Source of the DNA: Gemmatimonadota bacterium
GTDB taxonomy: Bacteria > Gemmatimonadota > Gemmatimonadetes > Palauibacterales > Palauibacteraceae
NCBI GenBank assembly: GCA_963666735.1
Contig: OY762926.1
Location: 1,536,001-1,600,000 of the forward strand
Length of the DNA stretch: 64,000 bases
Direction: 5' to 3'
Shown here: positions 9,632-19,097 of the stretch, one piece after another
Layout: every line of letters starts with the position of its first letter
How positions within the stretch are numbered: position 1 is the stretch's first letter
Position numbers and translations under genes: made by a program
The notes under the pieces: generated by a model
Seen by the model: the letters and a program-made list of their open reading frames with translations, nothing else
What the model was told of the DNA's origin: nothing
The model's database searches: none

Positions 9632-11023
9632 TCACCAGCGGATCGGGATCACGAGCATGGTCGCGACGCCGACGAGGATCGTCGCCAGCCAGAGGAGGAA
9701 CGCGTACCCGAACACCTCCCCGAAGCGGCGCCGCGTCACGGCGAGGATGGGCAGCGCCCAGAACGGGTGGATGAGGTTGAAGGCGGAGTCCCCGTACGCG
9801 TAGGCGAGCAGCGTCGTCATCACGGAGACGTCGAGAACCTCGCCGGCGGGGATCACGTACGGCGCCTCGATCATCCACTTGGAACCCGCCGACGGGACGA
9901 ACATGCTCATGATCCCCGAATAGACGTAGACCACCAGCGGATAGAGCCGGGTCGTGGCGACTTCCGCGAACTGCTCGCCGAGCCAGCTTCCCAGGTTCGT
10001 GTTCTGGATGACGCCGAAGATGCCGGCGTAGAACGGGAACTGGAGGATGATCCCCCACGCCGAGGCCACGCCCTCGCGGCAGGCCCTCAGGAACGACGTC
10101 GGACGGCCGTGGAGGAGGAGCGCCACGACGAGGAAGACCGTGTTGTACGCGTTGATCGTCCAGCTCGCGCCGAAACCGCGCGTGACGATCGAGTGGATGA
10201 GCGGATACGCGAGCAGGACGGCGGCGAGCAGCGTCCAGCCGCGGAAGCGGTCGAGGCGCTCGGCCGGCGTCGTGCCGGGGCGCGCCGGAGGCGGTGGCGC
10301 GGGCAGGATCTCGTCCACTTCGGCCGGCGTGAGCGTCACGACATCCCGGCGCGGGTGGAGCACCATGGCGGCCACGAGCCCCACGAGCAGCATGACGGCG
10401 GCGTACCCGAGATTGAAGGGATGGAACAGCGTCTCGGTGACCGGATAGAGACGGTCGACCACGGGGGCGCCGGTCCCGGGCTCGAGCAGGGGGTTGCCCG
10501 GCGTGGCGAGGATGAGGGGCGCGGAACTCGAAAGGCCGCTCTGCCACACGGTTCCGATGCCCATGTACGCGGCCGCGATGACGAGACGGAGGTCGGCACG
10601 CGGGTTGCGCTTGAGGATGAACGGGACGAAGAGCGCGGATCCGATGAGTCCGAACGCCCAGTTGAGATAGCCGGCCGCCATCGAGAATCCTGCGGCGAGG
10701 GCCACCGCCTGGGCGGGGCGCTCGGGGTTGGGGAGACCCGCGAGGCGATCGAGCAGCCGGTACATCGGGGGCGATGAAGCGCACGCATGGGCAGCCACCA
10801 TGATGATCGAGAACTGCATGGCCAGCTCGAGCAGCGTCCACACCCCGGCGCCCCACGCCAGCCCGGCTTCCGGGACCGTGGCCCCGCCTCCGGTCACGGC
10901 GAGGAGGAGGGCGACCAGGGTGAGCGACATGAGGATGACCCACGCGTCGGGCACCCAGCGCTCCGTGACGCGCGAGAGCGCCGCGCCGCTCTCGCGCAGC
11001 CGGTCGAGCGCGATCCCGCTCAT
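9632..11023 (-). CDS. atoE: Short-chain fatty acid transporter (AtoE family)
   Basis: ERWVPDAWV, LAMQFS, GLSSSAPL, IILQFPFYAGIFG, FVPSAGSKW, PFWALP. Confidence 0.85.
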   Translation of the reverse strand: MSGIALDRLRESGAALSRVTERWVPDAWVILMSLTLVALLLAVTGGGATVPEAGLAWGAGVWTLLELAMQFSIIMVAAHACASSPPMYRLLDRLAGLPNPERPAQAVALAAGFSMAAGYLNWAFGLIGSALFVPFILKRNPRADLRLVIAAAYMGIGTVWQSGLSSSAPLILATPGNPLLEPGTGAPVVDRLYPVTETLFHPFNLGYAAVMLLVGLVAAMVLHPRRDVVTLTPAEVDEILPAPPPPARPGTTPAERLDRFRGWTLLAAVLLAYPLIHSIVTRGFGASWTINAYNTVFLVVALLLHGRPTSFLRACREGVASAWGIILQFPFYAGIFGVIQNTNLGSWLGEQFAEVATTRLYPLVVYVYSGIMSMFVPSAGSKWMIEAPYVIPAGEVLDVSVMTTLLAYAYGDSAFNLIHPFWALPILAVTRRRFGEVFGYAFLLWLATILVGVATMLVIPIRW

Positions 11024-11041
11024 GCCGTTCGGCGGATCAGG

Positions 11042-12298
11042 CTACGACTCGGACGCGGAGTCTTCCGGCGCGGCAGCGGCGTCGCCGGCCGCGGCGTCCG
11101 GCTCCGACGATGCGGCTTCCGGATCGGGCGCCGCGTCGACATCCGGCTCCGGCGCCGCGGCTTCCGGCTCTCCGGCGCCGGGCCGCGCGGGCGACGGCGC
11201 GCCGAACGCGGTGGCGGGCAGGATGTCCCGGAAGGATTCGCCGTAGAGTTCCCACACGGTGATGAACAGCGCCGCGACGATGGGGCCGATGAGCACGCCG
11301 GCCATGCCGAAGGCGATGAGCCCGCCGAGGGTGCCGAGCAGGATCATCAGGTCCGGCATCCGGGTGTCGCGCCCGACGATCCAGGGGCGCATGAGGTTGT
11401 CCAGCGTACCCACCACGAGGCCGCACCACAGGATCAGCCCGATGCCGGCGACGACCTGGTCGGAGGCGAGGAGGTAGATCGCGGCGGGCAGCCACACGAG
11501 CGCGGATCCGATCCCGGGGACGATCGAGAGGACCGCCATGACCGTGCCCCAGAAGGCGGCGGACGGAATCCCCACCACCCAGAAGGCGAGCCCGGCCAAA
11601 GCGCCCTGCACGATGCCGATGAGAAACGTCCCCTTCACCATCGCCCGCGTCACTGAGACGAAGCGGTCGAGCATGCGGCGCTCGTCTTCGTCGGACAGCG
11701 GGAGGTAGTAGAGGGCCTTGTGCAGCACGCCGCGGCCGTCCTTCAGGAAGAAGAACATGGCGTACAACATCAGCAACAGGAGGAAGACGACCCGCACGGT
11801 GGCCGTCGTGACGCCGGCGAGCCGGTCGACCACCAGAGCGCCGACGGATCCCGCGACTTCGCCGAGCTTCCGGAGGAGTTGCTCCTGGTACGGCCGCAGC
11901 GAATCCAGCCAGGGAATCCGGTCGAGCAGTTCGTCGAACCCTCCGGGCTGCCGCAGCTGAGCCTGCATGTCCTCGATCCAGGGACCCGCCGACTGCGTGA
12001 CGTGCACGGCCTGGTTCGCGACGATGCCGAGGAACGCCGTGAACGGTGCGATGAGGAGGATGGCGAACAGGACGACCGCCGCGAAGGAGGCCAGTCCCTC
12101 CCGTCTCCCGAACCAGCGGCGGAGGGTCTGGTACGCCGGGTACATCAGCCCGCTGAGGATCGCTCCCAGAAAGAGGGCCGTGAGGAACGGCCGGATCATG
12201 TCGAGGAAGAGGAGGCTGATCCCGAGGACAAGAAGGAGAAGGAAGATGGCGCTGAAACGCCCGGGATGAAGGGGCGGGCTCCCGCCCGCGTCAGCCAT
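11042..12298 (-). CDS. AI-2E family transporter
   Basis: FFFLKDG, SIVPGIGSALVWLP, LDNLMRP, GGLIAFGMAGVLIGP; ATG 12298 overlaps the torD-like stop. Confidence 0.9.
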   Translation of the reverse strand: MADAGGSPPLHPGRFSAIFLLLLVLGISLLFLDMIRPFLTALFLGAILSGLMYPAYQTLRRWFGRREGLASFAAVVLFAILLIAPFTAFLGIVANQAVHVTQSAGPWIEDMQAQLRQPGGFDELLDRIPWLDSLRPYQEQLLRKLGEVAGSVGALVVDRLAGVTTATVRVVFLLLLMLYAMFFFLKDGRGVLHKALYYLPLSDEDERRMLDRFVSVTRAMVKGTFLIGIVQGALAGLAFWVVGIPSAAFWGTVMAVLSIVPGIGSALVWLPAAIYLLASDQVVAGIGLILWCGLVVGTLDNLMRPWIVGRDTRMPDLMILLGTLGGLIAFGMAGVLIGPIVAALFITVWELYGESFRDILPATAFGAPSPARPGAGEPEAAAPEPDVDAAPDPEAASSEPDAAAGDAAAAPEDSASES

Positions 12299-13220
12299 TG
12301 TGGGTGTCGGCGCTGGTGCCGGCGCTGGTGTCGTCGTGGGTGTCGGCGCGGGTGTCGTCGTTGACGGCGGCGCGGGTGTCGGCGCTGAGTTCGCTGAGAA
12401 GGCGACCTGTCGCGGTCGCGCGTTGCGTCCAGAAATCCGCGACCTCGGGCGCCGTGGCCCCGCTGCGGTCGTGGAGGTGCTCCCAGTCCCGCGCCTCGCG
12501 CCCGAGCCAGTCCAGGGTCGCACGCGGGCCCTGCGACATCATGGACCGGAGGATGTAGGCGCGTTCGCCCACGCGGAGACCGAGACCGAGGTCGCGCGCG
12601 GCTCTCGCGAGGTCCGCGCGCGTGAGGACGAGTCCGCTGCGCACCGGGCTCAGGAGGGCGTTGAAGAAGCTCTCCCCGCCGGTCTCGCGCGGGTCGGGCA
12701 CCGGTTTCGCCTCGCGCAGCGCGAGCGGGCGGCGCGTCGGCGGCCCCAGGCGGGCCGATTCGCTGAACAGGAGGGCCTCGAGCGTGTCCGCCCACTCCCG
12801 GTAGAACGGGGGCGCGATCTGCCGCAGCTTGGTGAGAAAGGGGAGGACCCACGAGAGCAGGTGCTCCCACAGAAAGGCGTGCCGGGCGTCGCGACAGGCC
12901 TGGGTCGTCTTGCCGTTCCCCCTCTGCTGGGCGTCCACGAGCCAGGCGTAGCCCCCGAGCAGGGCCCGCAGGTGGTCCGGATCCTCCGGGGGCGTCGTCC
13001 CCAGCGCGCGCCAGAAACCGGCGACACGGTCGCGCGCCTCCCCGCCCATGCGGCCGTCCGTACCCAGAAAGGCGGAGGCGTACGGATAGAGCTGGAAGAG
13101 GAAGATGTCGTTGTGGGTGGGCTCGTCCGGCACCGGTCCCAGCTCGAGGAGGTGGCCGATGAGCCGATTCTCCCCGCACGGACCATCGAGAAGCGCGCCG
13201 AGGGCGCGAAAAAGCTCCAT
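12291..13220 (-). CDS. TorD/DmsD family molybdoenzyme chaperone
   Basis: YPYASAFL, EDPDHL, FLWEHLLSW; directly downstream of the Mo enzyme. Confidence 0.85.
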   Translation of the reverse strand: MELFRALGALLDGPCGENRLIGHLLELGPVPDEPTHNDIFLFQLYPYASAFLGTDGRMGGEARDRVAGFWRALGTTPPEDPDHLRALLGGYAWLVDAQQRGNGKTTQACRDARHAFLWEHLLSWVLPFLTKLRQIAPPFYREWADTLEALLFSESARLGPPTRRPLALREAKPVPDPRETGGESFFNALLSPVRSGLVLTRADLARAARDLGLGLRVGERAYILRSMMSQGPRATLDWLGREARDWEHLHDRSGATAPEVADFWTQRATATGRLLSELSADTRAAVNDDTRADTHDDTSAGTSADTHNG

Positions 13221-13269
13221 GTCCTAATGTCCCGCGCCGGCGGCGCGTGCGGCACTGGTCACGTTCACA

Positions 13270-16200
13270 TCATGAAGTAGATGGGGGCCTCGATTTGCTG
13301 TCAAGTTGCGCCCCATCGGCATTGCGCGAGTCCGGGCCGGGCGACTCCGAGTCCCGCGGTTCCGGGAGGTCGTACGCCGTGCGCACCGGGCGCACCGGGC
13401 GGATGAGCCAGTGCGGCCGCCGCGTCCCGTCGGGCGAATGCCGCCGGGCTCCGCGCGTCTTGTCGAGCCAGCGCCGGTACACCTCGTGCGACCGCTCGGT
13501 GTCGACGTGAATGTCGCCGTGCCGGTCACGCCGCGACGCCTTGACCACGCGCACCGCCTGGTGCCAGCAGTGCATCCCGGACACCGGGTCGGGGTGCACC
13601 GGAAAGGTGAGGTTCTGATGGACGCCCACATCCGTCCACCAGATCCGCGACGTGTCCGGATCATCGGTCTCGTACGGCGCCGCCCCCTGCTTGCGCGACA
13701 GACTCCAGTCGCCGCTTTTCTCCGTGAGGGAGACCGTCGCCATGAGTTGCCGCTGACCGGCGACGCGTTCCCGCTCGCCCCGCCCGGCGTGCCCCGGCTC
13801 GGCGGCGTCCGGACCCGAGTCGGCGGCGTCCGCCAGCTTCCAGCGCCCCATGTGGTGGCTGCACGCGACGACGCCCGGCTTGATCCCCTCGGTCACCCAC
13901 GCCTTGAGGACGAAGTAGCCGATCTCGGTCTCGACCCGCACGAGATCTCCCGTCCTCACCCCCTTCCGCGCCGCGTCGGACGGGTGGAGCCACAGCGGGT
14001 TGGTGTGGGCGATCTCATCCAGCCACTTGGAATTGGCTGAACGCGTGTGGATCTGCACCGGGAGCCGGAACGTGGAGATGAGGCACATCTGATCCGGCTC
14101 CATCGCGGCCGGATGCACGTGGCTCCGGATGTAGGCGGGAACGGCGTACTCGGGCCAACCCCAGCGGACGAGCGTGGGGGAGTAGAACTCCAGCTTGCCG
14201 CTCGGGGTCGGGAATCCGCGGAGAATCGTGTCGTCCACTCGGACCCCCACCGGGCGCCGCCCCTCCGGATCCGAGTCGGGGGCGCCCATGGGCGCGAGGT
14301 TCTCCGCGGCGGGGCCGGGCGCCCGCGTATAGATGCGACCGAACTCGCCCTCTCGCGCGTCCTCGAGTTCCTCGGCGGGGACGGGCCGCTCGTGAAGCGG
14401 GCCGATGTCGCGCGCGATCTCGAAGGCGCCGTAGCGGCGCATGTAGTTCAGCGGGGAGAGTCCCTCGGCCGCGGCCGCCTCCGGCAGGCCGGGCACGGAG
14501 TGCTCGAACATCCAGCCGTAGTACTCGTCCACCGTGAGGCGCTGTCCGGGATTCTCCCTCGACTCCACGAACTCGCGGATCCCGCGGCTACCGTCCGGGT
14601 CGATGCGCCAGGAGAGTTCGAGCCAGAACTCGTTCTCTTCCCACACTTCCCCCGGGTTCGTGTGGCGCGTGTCCGCCACCCGCTCGCCAAGCCGCTCGCG
14701 CGCGGAGCGGAGGACCGGCTGCCGGAAGCCGATCCACTGGCCGTCGTGCGTCTCGTAGGAGTGCAGGTCGTGCCGCTCCGGGCCGTGTCCCATGGGAAGG
14801 ACGTAATCCGCGAAGTAGGCGGACTCGTTCCAGGTCGGCGTGAGCGCGACGTGGAGGCCGACCTTCTCCTCATCCGTCAGCGCCTCGATCCACGTGAACC
14901 CGTCCGGATTCGTCCACACCGGGTTGTACACGCGGGTGAAATAGACGTCGAGCTTGCCGCGTCCCTCCCGGAGGAGATGCGGGAGGAGGAAGGAGACCTC
15001 GTACATCGCCAGCGGAAACTCGTCGGGCCAGGTGAGGTCGTTCCAGTGGTCGGGGTGGCGGGGCATCCGGATCGGCTTCGGGATGAACTTGTTCCACGTG
15101 CTCGGATAGGTGCCGCCGGGCGTCGCCACGGAACCCGTGAGCGCGTTGAGGAAGAAGAGGGTCCGCGCCACCTGCCAGCCGCCCTCGTTGCCCGATGCGG
15201 CGCTCCGCCAGTTGTGCGTGGAGAGGCGCGAACCGGCCCGGGCCACGAGTTCGGCGACCTCGCGGATCTGCTCCGCGTCCACGCCGGACTCCTCCGCCGC
15301 CCACTCGAAGGTGCACGCCTCGTACAACTCGCGGAGGGCGGTCTCGAACGACTCGAACGTGCGGGGAAGGTCCGGCTTCTCGGCGGCGAGATACTCCTCC
15401 CAGTTGAACCAGCGCCGGACGAAGTCGCGGTTCCAGGCCCCGGTCGCGATCAGGTGGTTCGCGATCGCGAGCAGAACGGCGGCCTCGGAGCCGGGTTGCG
15501 TGGGGAGCCAGTGGTCGGCGTGCGTCGCCGTGTTCGACAGGCGCGTGTCGAAGACGATGAGCCGCGCCCCCTTCTTGACCCCGTCCATGATGCGCTGGGC
15601 GTGGGGGTTGAAGTAGTGTCCCGCCTCGAGGTGCGCACTCACGAGAAGGATGACGTCCGCGCGGGCGTGGTCGGGACTGGGGCGGTCCATGCCGAGCCAG
15701 AACTGGTAGCCGGCACGCGCGCTCGAGGAGCAGATGTTCGTGTGCGAGTTGTGGCCGTCGATGCCCCACGCGGCGAGCAGCCGCTCCGTGAACCCGTCCT
15801 CGCCCGGCCGCCCCACGTGGTACATGACTTCGCGCTGGCGACCCTCGTCGATGGCCTTGCGGATCCGCGCCGAGATGTCGTTGAGCACCTCCTCCCACGA
15901 GACGCGCACCCACTTCCCCTCCCCGCGCTCGCCGGCGCGCTTGAGCGGGTAGAGGACGCGGTCGGGGTCGACGATCTGGTTCAGCGTGGCCGGGCCCTTG
16001 GCGCAGTTCCTGCCGCGGGAGCCGGGATGCTCGGGGTTCCCCTCGAACTTCCGCACCTGGAGCGTGTCGCGGTCGACGTAGGCCAGGAGCCCGCAGGCGG
16101 ACTCGCAGTTGAAGCAGGTCGTGGGGACGAGCATGTAGCGCCGTTCGCGCCGTTCCGGCCACGCCTTCGAGTCGAGTTCGACCCAGTGATCCCAGCGTTC

Positions 16201-16392
16201 CCGCGGGGGGAAGGCGGCGAGCTGGGTGCGGCTGGGGCCGGGATAGAAGGTCTCGCCGCGACTCTCGGTCGCCGAGCGCGCCGCGCTCACGCGCTCGCTG
16301 AGTTCCTGGAGCCGTCGCGAAACACCGTCCGGGCCGGAGCCGTCGCCGCCGGAGCCGGAGCCGTTGCGGCCGGAGCCGCTCGGATCGCTCAT
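13270..16392 (-). CDS. Molybdopterin-dependent oxidoreductase (DMSO reductase superfamily) catalytic subunit, no Tat signal
   Basis: CFNCESAC...NCAKG Fe4S4 motif, RVLYPLKRAGERGEGKW, HTNICS, C-terminal Mo-bisPGD-binding domain; ATG 16392 overlaps previous stop. Confidence 0.9.
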   Translation of the reverse strand: MSDPSGSGRNGSGSGGDGSGPDGVSRRLQELSERVSAARSATESRGETFYPGPSRTQLAAFPPRERWDHWVELDSKAWPERRERRYMLVPTTCFNCESACGLLAYVDRDTLQVRKFEGNPEHPGSRGRNCAKGPATLNQIVDPDRVLYPLKRAGERGEGKWVRVSWEEVLNDISARIRKAIDEGRQREVMYHVGRPGEDGFTERLLAAWGIDGHNSHTNICSSSARAGYQFWLGMDRPSPDHARADVILLVSAHLEAGHYFNPHAQRIMDGVKKGARLIVFDTRLSNTATHADHWLPTQPGSEAAVLLAIANHLIATGAWNRDFVRRWFNWEEYLAAEKPDLPRTFESFETALRELYEACTFEWAAEESGVDAEQIREVAELVARAGSRLSTHNWRSAASGNEGGWQVARTLFFLNALTGSVATPGGTYPSTWNKFIPKPIRMPRHPDHWNDLTWPDEFPLAMYEVSFLLPHLLREGRGKLDVYFTRVYNPVWTNPDGFTWIEALTDEEKVGLHVALTPTWNESAYFADYVLPMGHGPERHDLHSYETHDGQWIGFRQPVLRSARERLGERVADTRHTNPGEVWEENEFWLELSWRIDPDGSRGIREFVESRENPGQRLTVDEYYGWMFEHSVPGLPEAAAAEGLSPLNYMRRYGAFEIARDIGPLHERPVPAEELEDAREGEFGRIYTRAPGPAAENLAPMGAPDSDPEGRRPVGVRVDDTILRGFPTPSGKLEFYSPTLVRWGWPEYAVPAYIRSHVHPAAMEPDQMCLISTFRLPVQIHTRSANSKWLDEIAHTNPLWLHPSDAARKGVRTGDLVRVETEIGYFVLKAWVTEGIKPGVVACSHHMGRWKLADAADSGPDAAEPGHAGRGERERVAGQRQLMATVSLTEKSGDWSLSRKQGAAPYETDDPDTSRIWWTDVGVHQNLTFPVHPDPVSGMHCWHQAVRVVKASRRDRHGDIHVDTERSHEVYRRWLDKTRGARRHSPDGTRRPHWLIRPVRPVRTAYDLPEPRDSESPGPDSRNADGAQLDSKSRPPSTS

Positions 16393-17966
16393 GCGAGGGG
16401 CACGGACTGGCCGGCTTGCACGTACGCGTGCTCGTGCGCGAGAAGTCCCGCGAGGGCGGCGACACCGATCACCGGGGCGACCCAGACGCCGCTGGCCGGG
16501 ATCACCGTGAGGGCGGCCGCCAGCGTCACGAGCAGGATGCCGCTCCAGAACCATGGAGCGTAGCGGCCGCGCACCATGTTCCGGGCGGCGAGCGCGGCGT
16601 GGGCCGTCGCGTGCGTCAGCGTCAGTTCGGCGAGCACGAGCAGGAGGTGCGCGGCGGCCGTGAGCCCCACGAGCCGGCCCAGCGCGGCGGAGCCGCCCAG
16701 CGACGGGAAGAGCATCAGCGCCGCGCCGCCGGCGAGCACCGCCTGGACGAGAAAGTGCGGCGGCAGGAGCGGATTCTGCCACAGGTCGCGCGCCTTGGCC
16801 TGCGCGAAGAGGTAGGCCGTATAGACCGCGGTCATGGCGGCCAGGGGCGCCCCCGCCCACGCCATCCAGCGCGTCGTCTCCACCGCGCCGGCGCCGCCGA
16901 TGAGCGCCGCCGCGAGGTGCGCGGTCAGGGCCAGGCCGTAACCGGCGATCACGAAGGCGCCGCGCACGAGCCAACTCTTCATGTGGGGTCTCGTGAAGAT
17001 GAGGAGGAAGCGCTTCGGGTGCTCCAGGTCCCAGATCAGCAGCCCGCCGGTGAGCGCGAGCGCGGCCAGACCGAGGAGCGGCGTGAGCGTGAGCCAGGTC
17101 CCGCCCGACCACGCAAGCCCGCCCAGCAGGCAGAGGAGGAGCACCGCGAGGTACACGCCGGCGGAGACTCCCTTGGTGAGCGTGTACAGGCTCACGCGCC
17201 AGTCCCATGGCGCGGTGTGCGAGACGTCGTAGGAGAGAATCGCGGCGGCCGAGGAGTTCGGACCGTGCCGCCCGTCCGCGCCCATCGGGTGCGGCTGGCC
17301 CGAGCCGACCTCGTGCGAACCCGCGGGCTGCTCGCTCCACATGTACAGCCCGCCTCCGGGACGGACGGCGGCCAGCGGATCGAGCGTCGCCTGGTGCGCC
17401 CCCTTGTAGAACAGCTTCGGGTGAGTCTCCTTCTCCGGTCTCCGGACGCTCACCGGGTCGCGCCCCACGTACTGCGAGACCTTCGATTCGGGGTCGTCGA
17501 GGTCGCCGACGATGATCGCCTCCGTCGGGCACACCGTGACGCAGGCAGGCTCCAGCCCCATGTCGATGCGGTGAGCGCAGAAGTTGCACTTCTCCGCGGA
17601 ATGGTCGTCCGGGTTGATGAAGATCGCGTCATAGGGACAGGCCGCGATGCACGCCTTGCAGCCGATGCAGATCGACTTGTCGAAGTCCACGATCCCGTCC
17701 GGGCGGCGGAACATGGCCTGCGTGGGGCACGCGGTCGTGCACGGCGCATCGTCGCACTGGTTGCAGCGCGTGACCTGGAAGGCGCGCCGCGTGGCCGGGA
17801 ACGTCCCCACATCGGCGTACTTCACATAGGTGCGCGTGACGCCGAGGGGGACCTCGTTCTCCGACTTGCAGGCCGTCGTGCAGGCGTGGCAGCCGATACA
17901 GCGCGTGTGATCGATGACTTTCGCCCAGCGGGCCGTTTCGGCTCCTGTCTCTGAGGACTCCGGCAT
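16389..17966 (-). CDS. 4Fe-4S dicluster (NrfC/DmsB-like) fused to NrfD/PsrC membrane anchor
   Basis: CIGCHACTTAC, CNQCDDAPC, CIGCKACIAACPY, CNFC..PACVTVCP, then multi-TM domain with DLEHPKRF, SWLVRGA. Confidence 0.9.
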   Translation of the reverse strand: MPESSETGAETARWAKVIDHTRCIGCHACTTACKSENEVPLGVTRTYVKYADVGTFPATRRAFQVTRCNQCDDAPCTTACPTQAMFRRPDGIVDFDKSICIGCKACIAACPYDAIFINPDDHSAEKCNFCAHRIDMGLEPACVTVCPTEAIIVGDLDDPESKVSQYVGRDPVSVRRPEKETHPKLFYKGAHQATLDPLAAVRPGGGLYMWSEQPAGSHEVGSGQPHPMGADGRHGPNSSAAAILSYDVSHTAPWDWRVSLYTLTKGVSAGVYLAVLLLCLLGGLAWSGGTWLTLTPLLGLAALALTGGLLIWDLEHPKRFLLIFTRPHMKSWLVRGAFVIAGYGLALTAHLAAALIGGAGAVETTRWMAWAGAPLAAMTAVYTAYLFAQAKARDLWQNPLLPPHFLVQAVLAGGAALMLFPSLGGSAALGRLVGLTAAAHLLLVLAELTLTHATAHAALAARNMVRGRYAPWFWSGILLVTLAAALTVIPASGVWVAPVIGVAALAGLLAHEHAYVQAGQSVPLA

Positions 17967-18039
17967 GAATGCTCCCCGTGGGAGGTTCGGTGCGGTCGCG
18001 ACGGCGCTCGCGCGCGGGCCGGCGGTCTCCGGTCACATG

Positions 18040-18078
18040 GCGCTGCTATGTTCCATCGTCGCGCCGAACCGGGCAAGC
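18040..18078 (-). promoter_or_regulatory. Conserved 39-bp promoter-like element, copy 1 (upstream of the Mo-oxidoreductase operon)
   Basis: Minus strand TTGCCC-N17-GAACAT-AGCAGCGC; 31/39 identical to copy 3. Confidence 0.6.
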
Positions 18079-18118
18079 CTGTTCCGTCGGTCGATCCATC
18101 GGTCGATCCGTCGGTCCG

Positions 18119-18982
18119 TCAGTCGGTCAGCACGATTTCGAGGCCCGGGAGGTCCGCGCCCCTCGCCTCCACCCGCCACACCTCGCGGGGAGACAGCGGT
18201 TCGAGCGGGGTCATCGTCCCCGTGCTCACGACCATGCCGGACTCCGGGATCCCGGCCTCGCCGAAGCGCGGCCACAGCCGCGGCACGACCTCCAGCGCCT
18301 CGAGGGGATGCCCGAGGACGTCGCTTCCCCGCCCGCGCGCCACGAGCGTCTCGTTACGCAGGAGCCGGACCTCGAGCCGGTCGAGGCGGGCCACACGTTC
18401 GTCGAAATCCCGCACACGCCGGTTGACCGGACGGCCGGCGATGAGCGCGCCGTGGAGCCCGAAGTCGGCGACCGAATCCGCCGGTGTGAGACGCCAGTCC
18501 GGATAGTGACAGTCGACGATCTCGAACCCGAGCGCGATCCAGCTCGGCCGACCCCCGTTGGGCGCGTCACCTCCAGGCTCGATGCCGAAGATGACCTCCA
18601 CTTCCATCATCGGGGCGCAGAACGTCGCCAGCGAAATCTCTGCTACCGGTCTCGCCAGGCGTAGCGTTCGAGCGTAGATGGGAGCGAGGATCGGCTCATC
18701 CAGCCCGAGTCGCGGCCAGATCGCCCGGTTCGTGAACCCGACCTTGCAGCCCAACAGACCGTATTCCCGTTGCCGAAGACGGCGGTCGAGGTCCGCCGCG
18801 ACGCGATAGGCCCGATCGAGCCCGAACTCTCCCGTGCGTTGTGTGGGCGGCCGGATCGTTTCGCGCCTGTCGCGGGCGGCAAGCAGGTCCCGTGCGAGAT
18901 CCGCCTCGAAGGCTTTCGCGGCAGCGGAGGGGTCGGCCACAGGGTCGGCCACGGTGTCGGCCACAGCGTCGGCTTCGGTCAT
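18119..18982 (-). CDS. 2-keto-4-pentenoate hydratase / FAH-family protein
   Basis: GCKVGFTN, PMMEVEVIF, LGFEIVD, DSVADFGLHG, VLGHPL, VSTGT. Confidence 0.85.
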   Translation of the reverse strand: MTEADAVADTVADPVADPSAAAKAFEADLARDLLAARDRRETIRPPTQRTGEFGLDRAYRVAADLDRRLRQREYGLLGCKVGFTNRAIWPRLGLDEPILAPIYARTLRLARPVAEISLATFCAPMMEVEVIFGIEPGGDAPNGGRPSWIALGFEIVDCHYPDWRLTPADSVADFGLHGALIAGRPVNRRVRDFDERVARLDRLEVRLLRNETLVARGRGSDVLGHPLEALEVVPRLWPRFGEAGIPESGMVVSTGTMTPLEPLSPREVWRVEARGADLPGLEIVLTD

Positions 18983-19097
18983 GTACGGCTCCGGGGCAGG
19001 TCGGCCGGGGCTTGCGGGTCGCGCGCCGAAACCGGACGATTTCGCTTCGCATGGCGTGCCTATGGTAACGTCTCGTGAGAGAGGACGAGATGCCCTC

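Noticed and set aside
12300..12390. CRISPR-like array in short repeats (also 18087-18130 and 61178-61216)
   Set aside because: Units are 9-13 bp, lack unique spacers, and no cas genes are present
13270..17589. 1439-aa molybdoenzyme as given in the ORF track
   Set aside because: The first ~400 aa overlap the NrfC-NrfD gene out of frame; the real start is probably ATG 16392
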